Numbered from the stretch's first letter, positions 17,097-27,031 are shown. The stretch: 64,000 nucleotides of DNA from Candidatus Merdiplasma excrementigallinarum (GCA_018713435.1 DVOS01000057.1:2450-66449), one strand, 5' to 3'. Notes: generated by a model from the letters alone, not told the origin. Translations and numbers: made by a program.

Positions 17097-18701
17097 ATGG
17101 AAAACAAAATACGGAAAAAAATATGGATTGTCCTGATCGCTTTTTTGCTGCTGGCACAGCCTTCAGCGGCATCGCTTCCTTTTATGAGAGGAGCAGCCAT
17201 CACAGCAGAAGCAGCCTCCAGGAAGGTTTCTCTGAGCAAAAAGAAGCTTTCCATGGCCATAGCGGGGAAAACCACGGTCCAGCTGCGCAATATTAACAGC
17301 AAAAAGAAGATTACCTGGAGCAGCAGCAACAAGAAAATCGTTTCTGTAAAAAAACAGGCCGGCGGCAAAGCGGTTGTGACGGCAAACAAAGCCGGCAAGG
17401 CAGTGATCACCGCAAAATACGCCGGGAAAAAATATCAGATCCAGGTGACGGTTAAAAGCCCGGCCTTAAGCAAAAAATCCTTAACCGTAAAAGCGGGCAA
17501 AAAGATATCGATTGAACTGAAAAATACGGCTGCCTCTAAAAAGGTAACCTGGAAGTCCTCCAAATCATCCGTTGCCTCCGTAAAAGCCGGAAGCAAAGGG
17601 AAGGCTACCATTACCGCCCGGAAAAAGGGCACCGTGAAAATCACAGCCCTTTACAGGGGGAAGAAATATATATGCACCGTAAAGGTCAGCGCGCCCGCTC
17701 CAAAGTTAAGCGCATCATCCAAAACGCTGTACAAGGGAAAGAGCTTTACGCTGGAATTAAAAAATGCCCCCTCTTCTGTCAAGTGGGCCACCAGCAATAA
17801 GAAAATCGCCGCGATAAAAAAGATTTCAAAAAACAAGTATAAAGTAACGGCAAAAAAAGCGGGAACGGCAAAAATCACGGTAAAGGCAGGCGGAAAAACC
17901 TATACCTGCAAAATAACCGTAAAGAACAAAGCGGGCAGCCAGAATACAGCGGCAAATTCCGGAACAGCCAATAACCAGTCGGGCAGCCGGAAATATACCT
18001 ATGATCTGGTGGTACTGAACCGGTATAAGCTTTACACCGGCGTTCCCATCGTTGTATATGTAAAGACCAATGATCCGACTTTCAGCGCCGCTGACATTCA
18101 GCTGGAAAAAGGGAAGAAAACGAATGTTATGGCATCTTATGCCGATGTTCGCTATGTGGGAAACTATGAGCCCAATGTGCTTTACTCGGAGTACAAGGTT
18201 TCCGGCGGCTATCTGGTAACCTTTGAGACAGAACAGGCGGGCGATAATACCATGCTCATCTACGGCGGAGACTCCTGGATCCCGCAGGTGGTGGCAAAGG
18301 AAAAAATTACCGTCTATAACTTTAAACAGGCTGAACAGACATGGCTGAAAAAAGTTCTGGCCCAGGAAACCAACAGTTCCATGACGGCGGATGAGAAAAT
18401 GACCGCCCTGGCAGCTTATGTCCGGAAGAACTTTAAATACACGCCCAGCTACAACGGGTCTGTGGTGGATCTTGTGTCGAAAAAGGGCGCTTACTTTGAA
18501 AACTACATTGCGGACTGTATAACAGCCACCAACATTATGTGCAATTTTGCAGACCTGCTGGGGCTTAAAAATGAAGCCACCTACGCAGGGTATCTGAATC
18601 ATTATTACACCACTGCCTGGATCAGCGGAAAAGCGTATACCTACGACGCCTCCCCTCTTTCAGGGACCGGAGCGCTCTCCAGGATTGATTACGTCATATA
18701 G
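17097..18701 (+). CDS. Secreted Lys-rich protein with three Big_2-like Ig repeats and a C-terminal transglutaminase/cysteine-protease-like domain
   Basis: Start at MENKIRKKIWIVLIAFLLLA (signal peptide, GGGAGGG upstream). Three repeats of about 75 aa (…KKITWSSSNKKIVSVK…, …KVTWKSSKSSVASVK…, …VKWATSNKKIAAIK…). C-terminal DCITATNIMCNFADLLGL segment. Confidence 0.75.
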   Translation: MENKIRKKIWIVLIAFLLLAQPSAASLPFMRGAAITAEAASRKVSLSKKKLSMAIAGKTTVQLRNINSKKKITWSSSNKKIVSVKKQAGGKAVVTANKAGKAVITAKYAGKKYQIQVTVKSPALSKKSLTVKAGKKISIELKNTAASKKVTWKSSKSSVASVKAGSKGKATITARKKGTVKITALYRGKKYICTVKVSAPAPKLSASSKTLYKGKSFTLELKNAPSSVKWATSNKKIAAIKKISKNKYKVTAKKAGTAKITVKAGGKTYTCKITVKNKAGSQNTAANSGTANNQSGSRKYTYDLVVLNRYKLYTGVPIVVYVKTNDPTFSAADIQLEKGKKTNVMASYADVRYVGNYEPNVLYSEYKVSGGYLVTFETEQAGDNTMLIYGGDSWIPQVVAKEKITVYNFKQAEQTWLKKVLAQETNSSMTADEKMTALAAYVRKNFKYTPSYNGSVVDLVSKKGAYFENYIADCITATNIMCNFADLLGLKNEATYAGYLNHYYTTAWISGKAYTYDASPLSGTGALSRIDYVI

Positions 18702-18717
18702 AGAAACACAGAGGCTC

Positions 18718-20115
18718 TTAGTGTCTCATCCTCCATCCGGGATGATATTTATTCTTCAGCTTCCCTTTCACCAGCTTTCCCCAGCCCAGGGGGTATCCCC
18801 CTGCGCAGACCAGAAGCCAGCCGGAAGAAAGGGAAGCTTCTTTTTCGCCCACTTCGATGGTCTCTCCCCGCAGATACCGGAAAATCCTCTCATCCTCCGC
18901 GGGCAGATCGCACCGGGCAGCGCAGGCATCGGCCTGAAGCGCCATAGCCAGAGACTGGCCGGGCTCAAACCGTCCTTTTTTCAGTTCTCCCAGATACAGG
19001 CCTCTGCGCAGAAACGGAATGCCGGGAACCGCAGGCATCTGCTCCGGCTCCCAGTATACCTGTCCGGCATGTACGTCCAGCCGGCCGGCCTGTGTTTTTT
19101 CTTTCCCTGCCTCTGTCAGCAGCGCGTCAAAGAAATCGTCCAGAAGCGCCTTCTCTTCCCGGTTCGGCGCTTTTCCTCCGGTTTGCGCCGGAAAGCCTTT
19201 CTCCTGCAGACCGGCATTCTGCCCCTGCTTTTCCAGCAGAGCCAGAAAATGCCCCTCTCCCTCCAGCCTGTGGGGCCAGAGCCGCACGCAGTCCTCCATT
19301 CCCTCAAGCCCGGGGCCAAAGTTTTCCCGGCCCGGCCCTCTGGGAATTTTTAGAAGCGCCATTTCCGGACGCTGCTCTAAAAGGAATCGGATCACTTCCT
19401 CGTTTTCTTCCGGCGCAAAAGTGCAGGTGGAATAAAGCATCCTTCCGCCGGGGCGAAGCATATCCGCCGCCCGCAGGATCAGTTCCCGCTGCAGGGCGGC
19501 GCACTCCGCCGGCTTATCGGGGTACCAGGCCCGGATGGTATCGGCATCCTTTCGGAACATCCCCTCCCCGGAACAGGGAGCGTCCAGCAGGATCCGGTCA
19601 AAGTATTCCGGGAACCGTTCCTGGAGCCTGGCCGGGATGCCGTTGGCAACCAGGGCGTTTGGCACGCCGAACACCTCCAGGTTTTTCAGAAGGGCCTTAC
19701 ACCGGGACGCGCTGATGTCATTTGCCACCAGGATCCCCTGTCCCTGAAGCTTCGCTCCCAGGGCTGTAGCCTTTCCTCCCGGCGCGGCGCAAAGATCCAG
19801 CACCCGATCTCCCGGCTTTACATCCAGCACGCTGGCAGGGGTCATGGCGCTGGGCTCCTGCAGGTAGTAAAGCCCGGCATAGTAAAAGGGATGTCTGGCC
19901 GGAGCATCCTGCTCCTCATAAAAATAGCCCCCGGGAATCCAGGGTATTTCTGTCAGATGAAAGGGCGCGATCCTTTCAAATTCCCGGGGTGAAATTTTCA
20001 GCGTGTTGACCCGCAGCCCGTATTTGCGAGGCTGCTCATAGCTTTTCTCAAAAGCAGCGTATTCCGTTCCCAGAATACGCTGCATTCTCTCTGTAAATAT
20101 AACAGGCAGTTTCAT
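18718..20115 (-). CDS. rRNA (cytosine-C5) methyltransferase, RsmB/RsmF (NOL1/NOP2/Sun) family
   Basis: DLCAAPGGK SAM motif and DAPCSGEGMFRK catalytic motif. ATG at 20115 chosen; alternative GTG at 20127. Confidence 0.85.
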   Translation of the reverse strand: MKLPVIFTERMQRILGTEYAAFEKSYEQPRKYGLRVNTLKISPREFERIAPFHLTEIPWIPGGYFYEEQDAPARHPFYYAGLYYLQEPSAMTPASVLDVKPGDRVLDLCAAPGGKATALGAKLQGQGILVANDISASRCKALLKNLEVFGVPNALVANGIPARLQERFPEYFDRILLDAPCSGEGMFRKDADTIRAWYPDKPAECAALQRELILRAADMLRPGGRMLYSTCTFAPEENEEVIRFLLEQRPEMALLKIPRGPGRENFGPGLEGMEDCVRLWPHRLEGEGHFLALLEKQGQNAGLQEKGFPAQTGGKAPNREEKALLDDFFDALLTEAGKEKTQAGRLDVHAGQVYWEPEQMPAVPGIPFLRRGLYLGELKKGRFEPGQSLAMALQADACAARCDLPAEDERIFRYLRGETIEVGEKEASLSSGWLLVCAGGYPLGWGKLVKGKLKNKYHPGWRMRH

Positions 20116-20144
20116 ATAGTCTCTCACTTTTCCAAATCAGGCTT

Positions 20145-20645
20145 TTAGTCCCAGGAAAGCCGGTGCAGGTCTCCCTCCCGCCTCATACCCGGGAAATCAT
20201 TCTGCCGCAGCGCCTCATACAGCATGATGGCCACAGAATTACTCAGATTCAGGGACCGAGTCTCTCCCACCATGGGAATGCGCACAGCCGTTTCCTGATA
20301 CTGTACCAGAATCTCCTCCGGTATCCCGGCGCTCTCCTTGCCGAACATCAGGTAGCAGTCCGGCTCATAGCAAACCTGGGTATAGGTTTTACGGGCCTTG
20401 GTGGTGGCCATATAAATCCTGGCTCCCGGATTCCGGTTCAAAAAATCCTGAAAATCCGCATATCGAGTCACATCCAGATCGCCCCAGTAGTCCATGCCGG
20501 ACCGGCGGATCGCTTTCTCCGTCAGATGAAAGCCCAGCGGTTCGATCAGGTGAAGCCTGGTCCCTGTGGCCACGCAGGTTCTTCCGATATTTCCCGTATT
20601 GGCGGGTATCTCCGGCTCCAGCAGCACCACGTTTAATCCTGCCAT
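20145..20645 (-). CDS. trmL: tRNA 2'-O-methyltransferase TrmL (SpoU/TrmH family)
   Basis: 166 aa. LLEPEIPANTGNIGRTC and SLNLSNSVAI motifs. Confidence 0.85.
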   Translation of the reverse strand: MAGLNVVLLEPEIPANTGNIGRTCVATGTRLHLIEPLGFHLTEKAIRRSGMDYWGDLDVTRYADFQDFLNRNPGARIYMATTKARKTYTQVCYEPDCYLMFGKESAGIPEEILVQYQETAVRIPMVGETRSLNLSNSVAIMLYEALRQNDFPGMRREGDLHRLSWD

Positions 20646-20648
20646 CGC

Positions 20649-21815
20649 TTATCTCCTCAGTCTTCCCACAAAATCCCCCAGCCGGTCCAGGGCGCGCTTA
20701 AGCGCTTCCAGAGAATAGGCGTAGGAAATCCGGACATAGCCCTCCCCGCAGGCTCCGAAGGCATCTCCAGGCACAACGGCCACCCGCTCTTCCTCCAGCA
20801 GACGGGAAGCGAACTCCTCGCTGGTCATGCCGAACTCCTTGATGCAGGGGAACACGTAGAAAGCGCCGAAAGGCTCAAAGCAGGGCAGGCCCATCTCCTT
20901 AAAGGCGTGCATCAGATACCGTCTGCGCTGGTTGTAGGCTTCCCGCATCTTTGCCACTTCCCCGTCGCAGTCCCGCAGAGCGGTCACCGCCGCATACTGG
21001 CTGTTGGTGGGCGCGCACATGATGGCAAACTGATGGATTTTGGTCATCTCATGGATAATCTCGGCAGGTCCGCAGCAATAGCCCAATCTCCAGCCGGTCA
21101 TAGCATGGGATTTGGAAAAACCGCTGATGAGAATGGTTCTCTCCTTCATGCCGGGAAGGCTGGCAATGCTCACATGATTTTCCCCTGTAAAGGTCAGTTC
21201 CGCATAAATCTCATCGCTGACTACAAAAATATCTTTTTCCCGCACCACCTGGGCGATCTCCTCCAGGTCTTTTCGCTCCATCACAGCGCCTGTGGGATTG
21301 TTGGGGAAGGGAAGCACCAGAATCTTGGTCTTGTCCGTAATGGCATCCAGCAGCTCCTGCTTTGTCAGCCGGAACTGATTTTCTTCCTTCAGGTTGATAA
21401 TCACGGGAACACCGTCCGCCAGCTCAGCGCAGGGTACATAGGACACGTAGCAGGGCTCCGGAATCAGCACCTCGTCTCCCGGGTTCAGCATAGCCCTGAA
21501 GGCCAGGTCGATGGCCTCGCTGCCTCCCACCGTCACCAGCGTTTCATGGATCGGGTCATACTCCAGTTCAAACCGGCGTTTCAGATATTTGCAGATCTCT
21601 TCCCGCAGCTCCTTTAATCCCGCGTTGGAGGTATAGAAGGTCTTTCCCCTCTCCAGCGTGTAAATTCCCTCGTCCCGGACAGCCCAGGGCGTATCAAAAT
21701 CCGGTTCTCCCACGCCCAGGGAAACCACGTCGTCCATCTCACTTACTATATCAAAAAATTTTCTTATGCCTGAGGGCCGGATGACCCTGGCTTTTTCTGC
21801 AATCGGATTTCTCAA
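20649..21815 (-). CDS. PLP-dependent aminotransferase, class I/II (aspartate/aromatic-type)
   Basis: 388 aa. GVGEPDFDTP and SGFSKSHAMTGWRLGY (PLP lysine) motifs. The TTG start overlaps the stop of the upstream regulator (TTGA). Confidence 0.85.
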   Translation of the reverse strand: MRNPIAEKARVIRPSGIRKFFDIVSEMDDVVSLGVGEPDFDTPWAVRDEGIYTLERGKTFYTSNAGLKELREEICKYLKRRFELEYDPIHETLVTVGGSEAIDLAFRAMLNPGDEVLIPEPCYVSYVPCAELADGVPVIINLKEENQFRLTKQELLDAITDKTKILVLPFPNNPTGAVMERKDLEEIAQVVREKDIFVVSDEIYAELTFTGENHVSIASLPGMKERTILISGFSKSHAMTGWRLGYCCGPAEIIHEMTKIHQFAIMCAPTNSQYAAVTALRDCDGEVAKMREAYNQRRRYLMHAFKEMGLPCFEPFGAFYVFPCIKEFGMTSEEFASRLLEEERVAVVPGDAFGACGEGYVRISYAYSLEALKRALDRLGDFVGRLRR

Positions 21816-22300
21816 AGCGTCACCAGCATCCTTTCATCTTCCGTTTTTTTGGTAAAAATAATTCCGTCGTCCTTGTATTTCTTCAGGATAAAATGGGTAG
21901 CGGTACTGATCACCGTATCCAGGGTGGAAAGCTTGTCAGATACAAAGCTGGCCACTTCCTTCAGGGTTTTCCCTTCCAGGATCACTAACAGGTCGTAAGC
22001 CCCTGAAATCAGATAGACGGACTGTACTTCCGGATAGTTGTAGATCCGCTCCGCAATGTTGTCAAATCCCTGTCCTCTCTGAGGCGTCACCCGCACTTCA
22101 ATCAGGGCTGTGGTTTTGTCTACAGAGGTCTTGTCCCAGTCGATGAGGGTGTGGTAGCCGCAGATAATGTGCTCTTCTTCCATCTTCTGCACCTCATTGG
22201 CAATCACCTCTTCGCTGGACCCCAGCAGGATCGCCAGCTCCTTTAAATCTATCTTACTGTTCTTTTCCAGAAACGTTAAAATCTGTTCTCTCATATTCAT
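21812..22300 (-). CDS. Lrp/AsnC-family transcriptional regulator
   Basis: Start trimmed to the ATG at 22300 (AGGAGG 6 nt upstream). HTH followed by a RAM-like domain (ALIEVRVTPQRG…VYLISGAYDLLV). Confidence 0.82.
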   Translation of the reverse strand: MNMREQILTFLEKNSKIDLKELAILLGSSEEVIANEVQKMEEEHIICGYHTLIDWDKTSVDKTTALIEVRVTPQRGQGFDNIAERIYNYPEVQSVYLISGAYDLLVILEGKTLKEVASFVSDKLSTLDTVISTATHFILKKYKDDGIIFTKKTEDERMLVTL

Positions 22301-22320
22301 AATATCCTCCTTTTTTGCTT

Positions 22321-23352
22321 TTATAGCTGCCTGCGTGCTTCTCTTTCCCCTGCCAGCCGCCACAGTTCATCCTGGGCCGGCCGGTCCAGATAGCGGATCT
22401 CCTCTCCGTTTCGGATGATTCTCCGGCGCTCTTTCGTAAACCGCCCGATCACGGCCGCTTCCACGGAAAGGCTCTCCAGCTTCTCTGCCAGTTCCGCTCC
22501 TCTTTCCGTACCCAGAAGAAGCGCTCCCTGGCCGAACAGCTGATAGGGGTTCAGGTCAAAATATTCACAGATCTCTATGGTCTCCTGGCGGATGGGAATT
22601 TTTTTCAGATCCACTTCAAGGCCTGCGCCCGCACGCTCCGCCATCTCCCAGAGAGCGGCGAATACGCCGCCTTGAGAAACATCGTGCATGACTGACACCC
22701 CGAAGTGGTTTCGCGCTCGGGCAGCCTCCAGAATCCTGTCAGGATTTCCCATCTCCACGGCAGCCTCCAGGAGCGCTTCTGGGTACCGTTCCAGCAGCTC
22801 ATCCCGCATATCGGAGGCCAGAACCGCGGTTCCCGCCGCCCCGGTCCAGCCGGCCATCACCAGCTCCATGCCCCGGGAAAGGCTTTCCCGTTTTGGGACA
22901 GCCCCCTTCTCTCCCGGCTCCGGCACACCCAGTCCGGTCAGCGTTATCACGGTTCTGGAGACGGCCCGGCTCACTTCCGTATGGCCACCCTCCGCTTTTA
23001 TTTCGTACCGGCGGCACAGCTTTGCAGCCTGCTCCATCTGTTTTTTCAGTTTCTCTTCTTCCTGGCCTTCCGGCAGCAGGAAATCCAGAAACAGGTGTCT
23101 GCACCGGGCTCCCGCCGTGTACAGGTTCAGCAGTACCTGGGAGAAAAGCATCTCCATCGTCCGGTCAAAAGGGCCTCCCACTGTTCCCGTTACAGTAGAA
23201 CAGGCCATTTTCGCCGGAAAACTTTCAGACCCCGGCGCAAAAACAGCGCAGTCTTCCCCGAAGACCGCGCTATCTCCCGCTGCGCCCGCCTGCCGCAGGG
23301 GGCGCAGTATAGATCTGTTTAATACTGTATCTGAAATTTTGCCGATTTTCAT
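22321..23352 (-). CDS. AIR-synthase-related (PurM/ThiL/HypE-fold) protein, function unknown
   Basis: Start at MKIGKISDTVL. The overall pattern resembles the AIR synthase-related family. Assignment from memory only. Confidence 0.55.
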   Translation of the reverse strand: MKIGKISDTVLNRSILRPLRQAGAAGDSAVFGEDCAVFAPGSESFPAKMACSTVTGTVGGPFDRTMEMLFSQVLLNLYTAGARCRHLFLDFLLPEGQEEEKLKKQMEQAAKLCRRYEIKAEGGHTEVSRAVSRTVITLTGLGVPEPGEKGAVPKRESLSRGMELVMAGWTGAAGTAVLASDMRDELLERYPEALLEAAVEMGNPDRILEAARARNHFGVSVMHDVSQGGVFAALWEMAERAGAGLEVDLKKIPIRQETIEICEYFDLNPYQLFGQGALLLGTERGAELAEKLESLSVEAAVIGRFTKERRRIIRNGEEIRYLDRPAQDELWRLAGEREARRQL

Positions 23353-23380
23353 GCTGCTACCTCTTGGCATTTTCCGCCGC

Positions 23381-24988
23381 CTACTGGACTATCACCAATT
23401 CCTGCCCCGTTGTGTCCGCCGCGCCTGTACCGTCCCCTCCGGCAGCTGTCCCATCGCCCGCAGGCGCCTCGGTAACCGGCGCGTCGGTGGCCGGCGTGTC
23501 CGTGGCCGGCGTATCGGTAGCAGGCGTCTCCGTGGCAGGATTCGTGTAGGCGGAAGCGGAAGCGATCACAGCCTGCACCTGGCTCAGATCATTGGTGGCA
23601 ATAGCCGAATACATGGCCTGAGTCAGCGCGCTGCTGCTGGAAGCCACACCCACGTCATAGATGGTTCCCACCGCCTGATACGTACTGCTGTTTACCTGGG
23701 TTGTCTCCACCAGGACGCCGTCCTCATAAACATTCTTCCAGAGCTCCGCCGTGTAGCCGGTATGGGGCGACTGGGTCTGGTTCAGATATCCCACGCTCTG
23801 CTCCGGGTTGGCGTACATCTGTATGCCTGTGGGCTCAATGGTGCTGGTGGTCTCGCTGACAAATTCAATGGAACGGTTGGCCGGTCTGGTTTCATGTCCG
23901 TATATGGTAAAGGACAGAGTTCCCCCGTAGGCGTATCCCACAATATAGATGGGGGCATCCGTGGTATTCACAAAAGCCAGATCCATCACGCCCTCCGCGA
24001 TCGCCGCGTCCTTGGACAGATCCACATAATTAACCACCATGGTATGGTTGGACCGGGCCGTCACCTCCAGCTCCGCTTTCAGCACCGCGTTGTACAGAGT
24101 TGTAGATACCTGGCAGATACCGCCGCCGTAGGAATCCACCACCCGGTTTTCCTCATAGGAGGGAGCCGGCTCATAACCGTTTTCCGCCGTAAAAGGAGCT
24201 ACCGCCGCCGTCACGGAGAAGGATTCTCCCGGGAAAATCAGGGAACCGCTGATCTTGGAGCAGCCGTTTTCCACATTGACGGCTCTGGCATAGGAGGAGG
24301 CGGAATAATCCGTTGTGGCGGTGCCCAGCACATCCTTCACCAGGCTTAACTCCTCCGCCGTCACGTCAGGAGCCACCCGATCCACCACCAGATCAATGGA
24401 AAGCTCTCCGCCGTTCCAGTTTTCCACCGCTTCCCGCACGGCGTCCACAGAAGCGTCCACCTGAAGGGTAATGCCGTCTGTTCCCCCTTCTACCCCCGGC
24501 GTTCCGTCATCCTGGGTATAAATTGTGCCGTTCACCGGCTCCGTATTGTAAATGCTGCAGCCTTCCACAAAGCTGCGGCAGACTTTATCATCTGTGGTAA
24601 AGGTAATCCGGTATTCTTTATTCTGGTGTTCCAGGTCCTTCTGATCCTTGTACCGCTGCACAATGTTTCCCGTTGTCCCCAGATTTTCCACTTCATCCAG
24701 AATCTGCCGGTTTTCCCATTCCAGCCCCAGCTGATTGAGCGTGGCTGTAACCCGGTTGTCCCCGATGGTCAGGGTCACCATTGTCTCGCCCATCTGGGCG
24801 GCTTTTTCTTCCACAGCCGCTGAGGCCTGCTCAATGGTCATACCGCTTACATCGATTCCTTCAATCAGCACTCCGTTGCTGATCACGGCGTCTTTCTGGG
24901 CCGCGCCGGCCCATCCGCTCATTCCCAGCAGGAATATCCCTGCCAGAAAACCGGCGGCGCCGTATTTGATTCTACTGTATTTTTTCAT
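23381..24988 (-). CDS. VanW-family cell-envelope protein with an N-terminal membrane anchor and a Pro/Thr-rich C-terminal tail
   Basis: Start at MKKYSRIKYGAAGFLAGIFLL. YGGGICQVSTTLYNAVLKAELEV is a VanW-type core. The PATDT x3 tandem repeat is encoded at about 23477..23536. Confidence 0.8.
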   Translation of the reverse strand: MKKYSRIKYGAAGFLAGIFLLGMSGWAGAAQKDAVISNGVLIEGIDVSGMTIEQASAAVEEKAAQMGETMVTLTIGDNRVTATLNQLGLEWENRQILDEVENLGTTGNIVQRYKDQKDLEHQNKEYRITFTTDDKVCRSFVEGCSIYNTEPVNGTIYTQDDGTPGVEGGTDGITLQVDASVDAVREAVENWNGGELSIDLVVDRVAPDVTAEELSLVKDVLGTATTDYSASSYARAVNVENGCSKISGSLIFPGESFSVTAAVAPFTAENGYEPAPSYEENRVVDSYGGGICQVSTTLYNAVLKAELEVTARSNHTMVVNYVDLSKDAAIAEGVMDLAFVNTTDAPIYIVGYAYGGTLSFTIYGHETRPANRSIEFVSETTSTIEPTGIQMYANPEQSVGYLNQTQSPHTGYTAELWKNVYEDGVLVETTQVNSSTYQAVGTIYDVGVASSSSALTQAMYSAIATNDLSQVQAVIASASAYTNPATETPATDTPATDTPATDAPVTEAPAGDGTAAGGDGTGAADTTGQELVIVQ

Positions 24989-25045
24989 CTGTCTCTCCGT
25001 CCGCAGCCGCCTTTGCGGCAGCTGTCCGTCTTTCACTTCCCGTTT

Positions 25046-25153
25046 TTAAAAAAGCGCTCCCAGTATGGTCGTCACGACCATGGCCAGCACCATCAGAATC
25101 ACAATCGCCGCGGCGATTATCCGGTTTCTCTTTGAATTGTGAAAGTTCATCAT
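25046..25153 (-). CDS. Candidate small membrane protein (35 aa)
   Basis: Below the track size cut-off. GAGGTGAAGAAAG precedes the ATG. Translation is MMNFHNSKRNRIIAAAIVILMVLAMVVTTILGALF: a basic N-terminus followed by one hydrophobic helix. Confidence 0.35.
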   Translation of the reverse strand: MMNFHNSKRNRIIAAAIVILMVLAMVVTTILGALF

Positions 25154-25303
25154 CTTTCTTCACCTCTTTTGATCTAAACACTTCCCTGTAACCCGGGCAT
25201 CTTTTTATCTTCAGATCCCGCATCTTCCTATTTTAAAGTATTTTGAGAAATCCTACAAGCCTATTTTCCAATATTTCACGAATTTAACATATTCCGTCTC
25301 CGG

Positions 25304-27031
25304 TCAGGCCGGATTTTCTTCTATTCTGCTCATTCGGGCATTTCCCGTAATGGGATCTCTGTGCCGGTAATCAAACAAAAACCAGGCTTGGGGCGCTCCG
25401 TCCCCGTCCAGGAAGGGTTCCAGATGGGTCATGTGCATGACCTGCTTCCAGTCATACTGGCCGTAATCCGGAAGATAACGGTTCCGCCTGTCCTGGCTGC
25501 GGTAAAATCCGGCTATCACGGATTTCCAGGCCGTCAGATCCGGCGCCCATTCCGGCCTGGTTTTCGCGTTTTCCCGCAGGTACCAGTCCTGCAGCAGCAG
25601 CTGGTCTCCCACCGCGGCCGGCAGTTTCTCTTCCTTTCGGATAAAATCCCGCAGCATGTTCAGCCGCTGCATTCTGGAGAGGGACACATCAAACGCCCCC
25701 TTCTCCCTGCAGGCTTCCGCCAGCCCGTCATACAGATCAAAGGGATTGGCAAACTGCTTTTCCAGCGCGGCCACCGTGACGGAAAACTGTCCGCTGTTGT
25801 AATAGACCTCCAGCATCTCCTCCACTCCCTTCAGGCGAAGAAGGTCAGCGAAGGACATCCATCCGGTGTACAGCACCTCATAGGGAGGCCTGTGCCGGCG
25901 GACCATTTCCAGGCTGTCCGCTTCCCGCTCGATTCCCGATCCTTTCAGCACCTTCAGAAAGCCCAGCTGCAGCTCGTGAGGCCCCAGGGCGTAAACCTGC
26001 CGGAACGACTCTCTGAAACTGTCGAAATCCTCCCAGGGCAGGCCTGCGATCAGGTCCAGATGCAGGTGCTGCCTGCCCGCTGCTTTCAGCTTCCGGCAGG
26101 CCCGGGCGATTTTTTCAAAATCCGCTTTCCGGTTCACCGCTGCCAGCGTCCGGGGATTGACGGACTGCACGCCGATCTCCAGCTGTACCAGTCCCGGCCG
26201 CATCTGTCCCAGAAGTTCCAGTTCATCCTCCCGCAGCAGATCTCCCTCAATCTCAAAATGGAAGTTGGTCACCCCGTTGTCATGCTCCCGGATGTAGCTC
26301 CAGACCGCCATGGCATGGCTGTGGCTGCAGTTAAAGGTTCTGTCCACAAATTTCACCTGGGGAACCTTATGATCCAGGAAAAACTGCAGCTCCTTCAGCA
26401 CCAGCGGAATGCTCCGCAGGCGCACGCTCCGATCAAGGGAGGAGAGACAGTAGCTGCAGGCAAAAGGGCACCCTCTGCTGCTCTCGTAATAGATAATCCG
26501 GTGGGCAAAATCTTCCGTATCCTGATAGGGAAAGGGAATTTCATCCAGGGGCAGCAGGGCCGGCCATTCCGGCCTGCCCTGCCCTATGCTTCCGTCCTTT
26601 TTCCGAAACAGGATTCCTCCGATCTCTTCCGGTTCTCCCTTATTTTCCAGATAGTATTCCAGCAGGGAGAGGAAGCTCTTCTCTCCCTCCCCCCGCATGA
26701 TGCCGGTAATCTCCGGATATGTTTTCAGCAGTTCTTCTCCGTTATAGGAAACCTCCGGCCCTCCCAGCCAGATTTTCGTCTCCGGCAGCACCAGCGCGAT
26801 ATCCCGCGCCAGGGACAGCACCGTCTCCACATTCCAGATATAACAGGAAAAAGCCAGAATATCCGGCTTTTTCTCGTAAATCCTCTGCAATATATAATCC
26901 TGCTGCTGATTGATGGTAAATTCCGCCGTCTCAATCCGGTCCCGATAGGGAGCCGCGTAGGCCCGCAGGCTGTAAACGGCCAGGTTAGAATGAATATATT
27001 TTGCGTTAATGGCTGTCAGCAGGACTCTCAT
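25304..27031 (-). CDS. B12-binding-domain radical SAM protein (DUF4080-type C-terminus)
   Basis: 575 aa. N-terminal B12-binding-like fold (MRVLLTAINAKYIHSNLAVYSL) and a radical SAM CPFACSYC motif. Overlaps the glucokinase stop by 4 nt. Confidence 0.8.
   Translation of the reverse strand: MRVLLTAINAKYIHSNLAVYSLRAYAAPYRDRIETAEFTINQQQDYILQRIYEKKPDILAFSCYIWNVETVLSLARDIALVLPETKIWLGGPEVSYNGEELLKTYPEITGIMRGEGEKSFLSLLEYYLENKGEPEEIGGILFRKKDGSIGQGRPEWPALLPLDEIPFPYQDTEDFAHRIIYYESSRGCPFACSYCLSSLDRSVRLRSIPLVLKELQFFLDHKVPQVKFVDRTFNCSHSHAMAVWSYIREHDNGVTNFHFEIEGDLLREDELELLGQMRPGLVQLEIGVQSVNPRTLAAVNRKADFEKIARACRKLKAAGRQHLHLDLIAGLPWEDFDSFRESFRQVYALGPHELQLGFLKVLKGSGIEREADSLEMVRRHRPPYEVLYTGWMSFADLLRLKGVEEMLEVYYNSGQFSVTVAALEKQFANPFDLYDGLAEACREKGAFDVSLSRMQRLNMLRDFIRKEEKLPAAVGDQLLLQDWYLRENAKTRPEWAPDLTAWKSVIAGFYRSQDRRNRYLPDYGQYDWKQVMHMTHLEPFLDGDGAPQAWFLFDYRHRDPITGNARMSRIEENPA

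Noticed and set aside
16988-17296. ORFs beginning MLLHHEF / MLLHHEIY at 16988, 30911 and 43918, which might look like a conserved small peptide
   Set aside because: The shared N-termini are simply translations of the palindromic intergenic repeat. Downstream sequences are unrelated and overlap real genes or terminators.
22688-24349. 553-aa plus-strand ORF spanning the AIR-synthase-like and VanW genes
   Set aside because: It is antisense to two well-supported minus-strand genes. The translation is Arg/Gly/Pro/Ser-rich low complexity with no recognisable motifs, a typical shadow ORF in GC-rich coding DNA.
24972-25223. 83-aa minus-strand track ORF
   Set aside because: Its translation is charged low-complexity sequence, and it overlaps the start of the VanW gene. 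The 35-codon membrane micro-ORF in another frame is a better, though still tentative, explanation of this gap.
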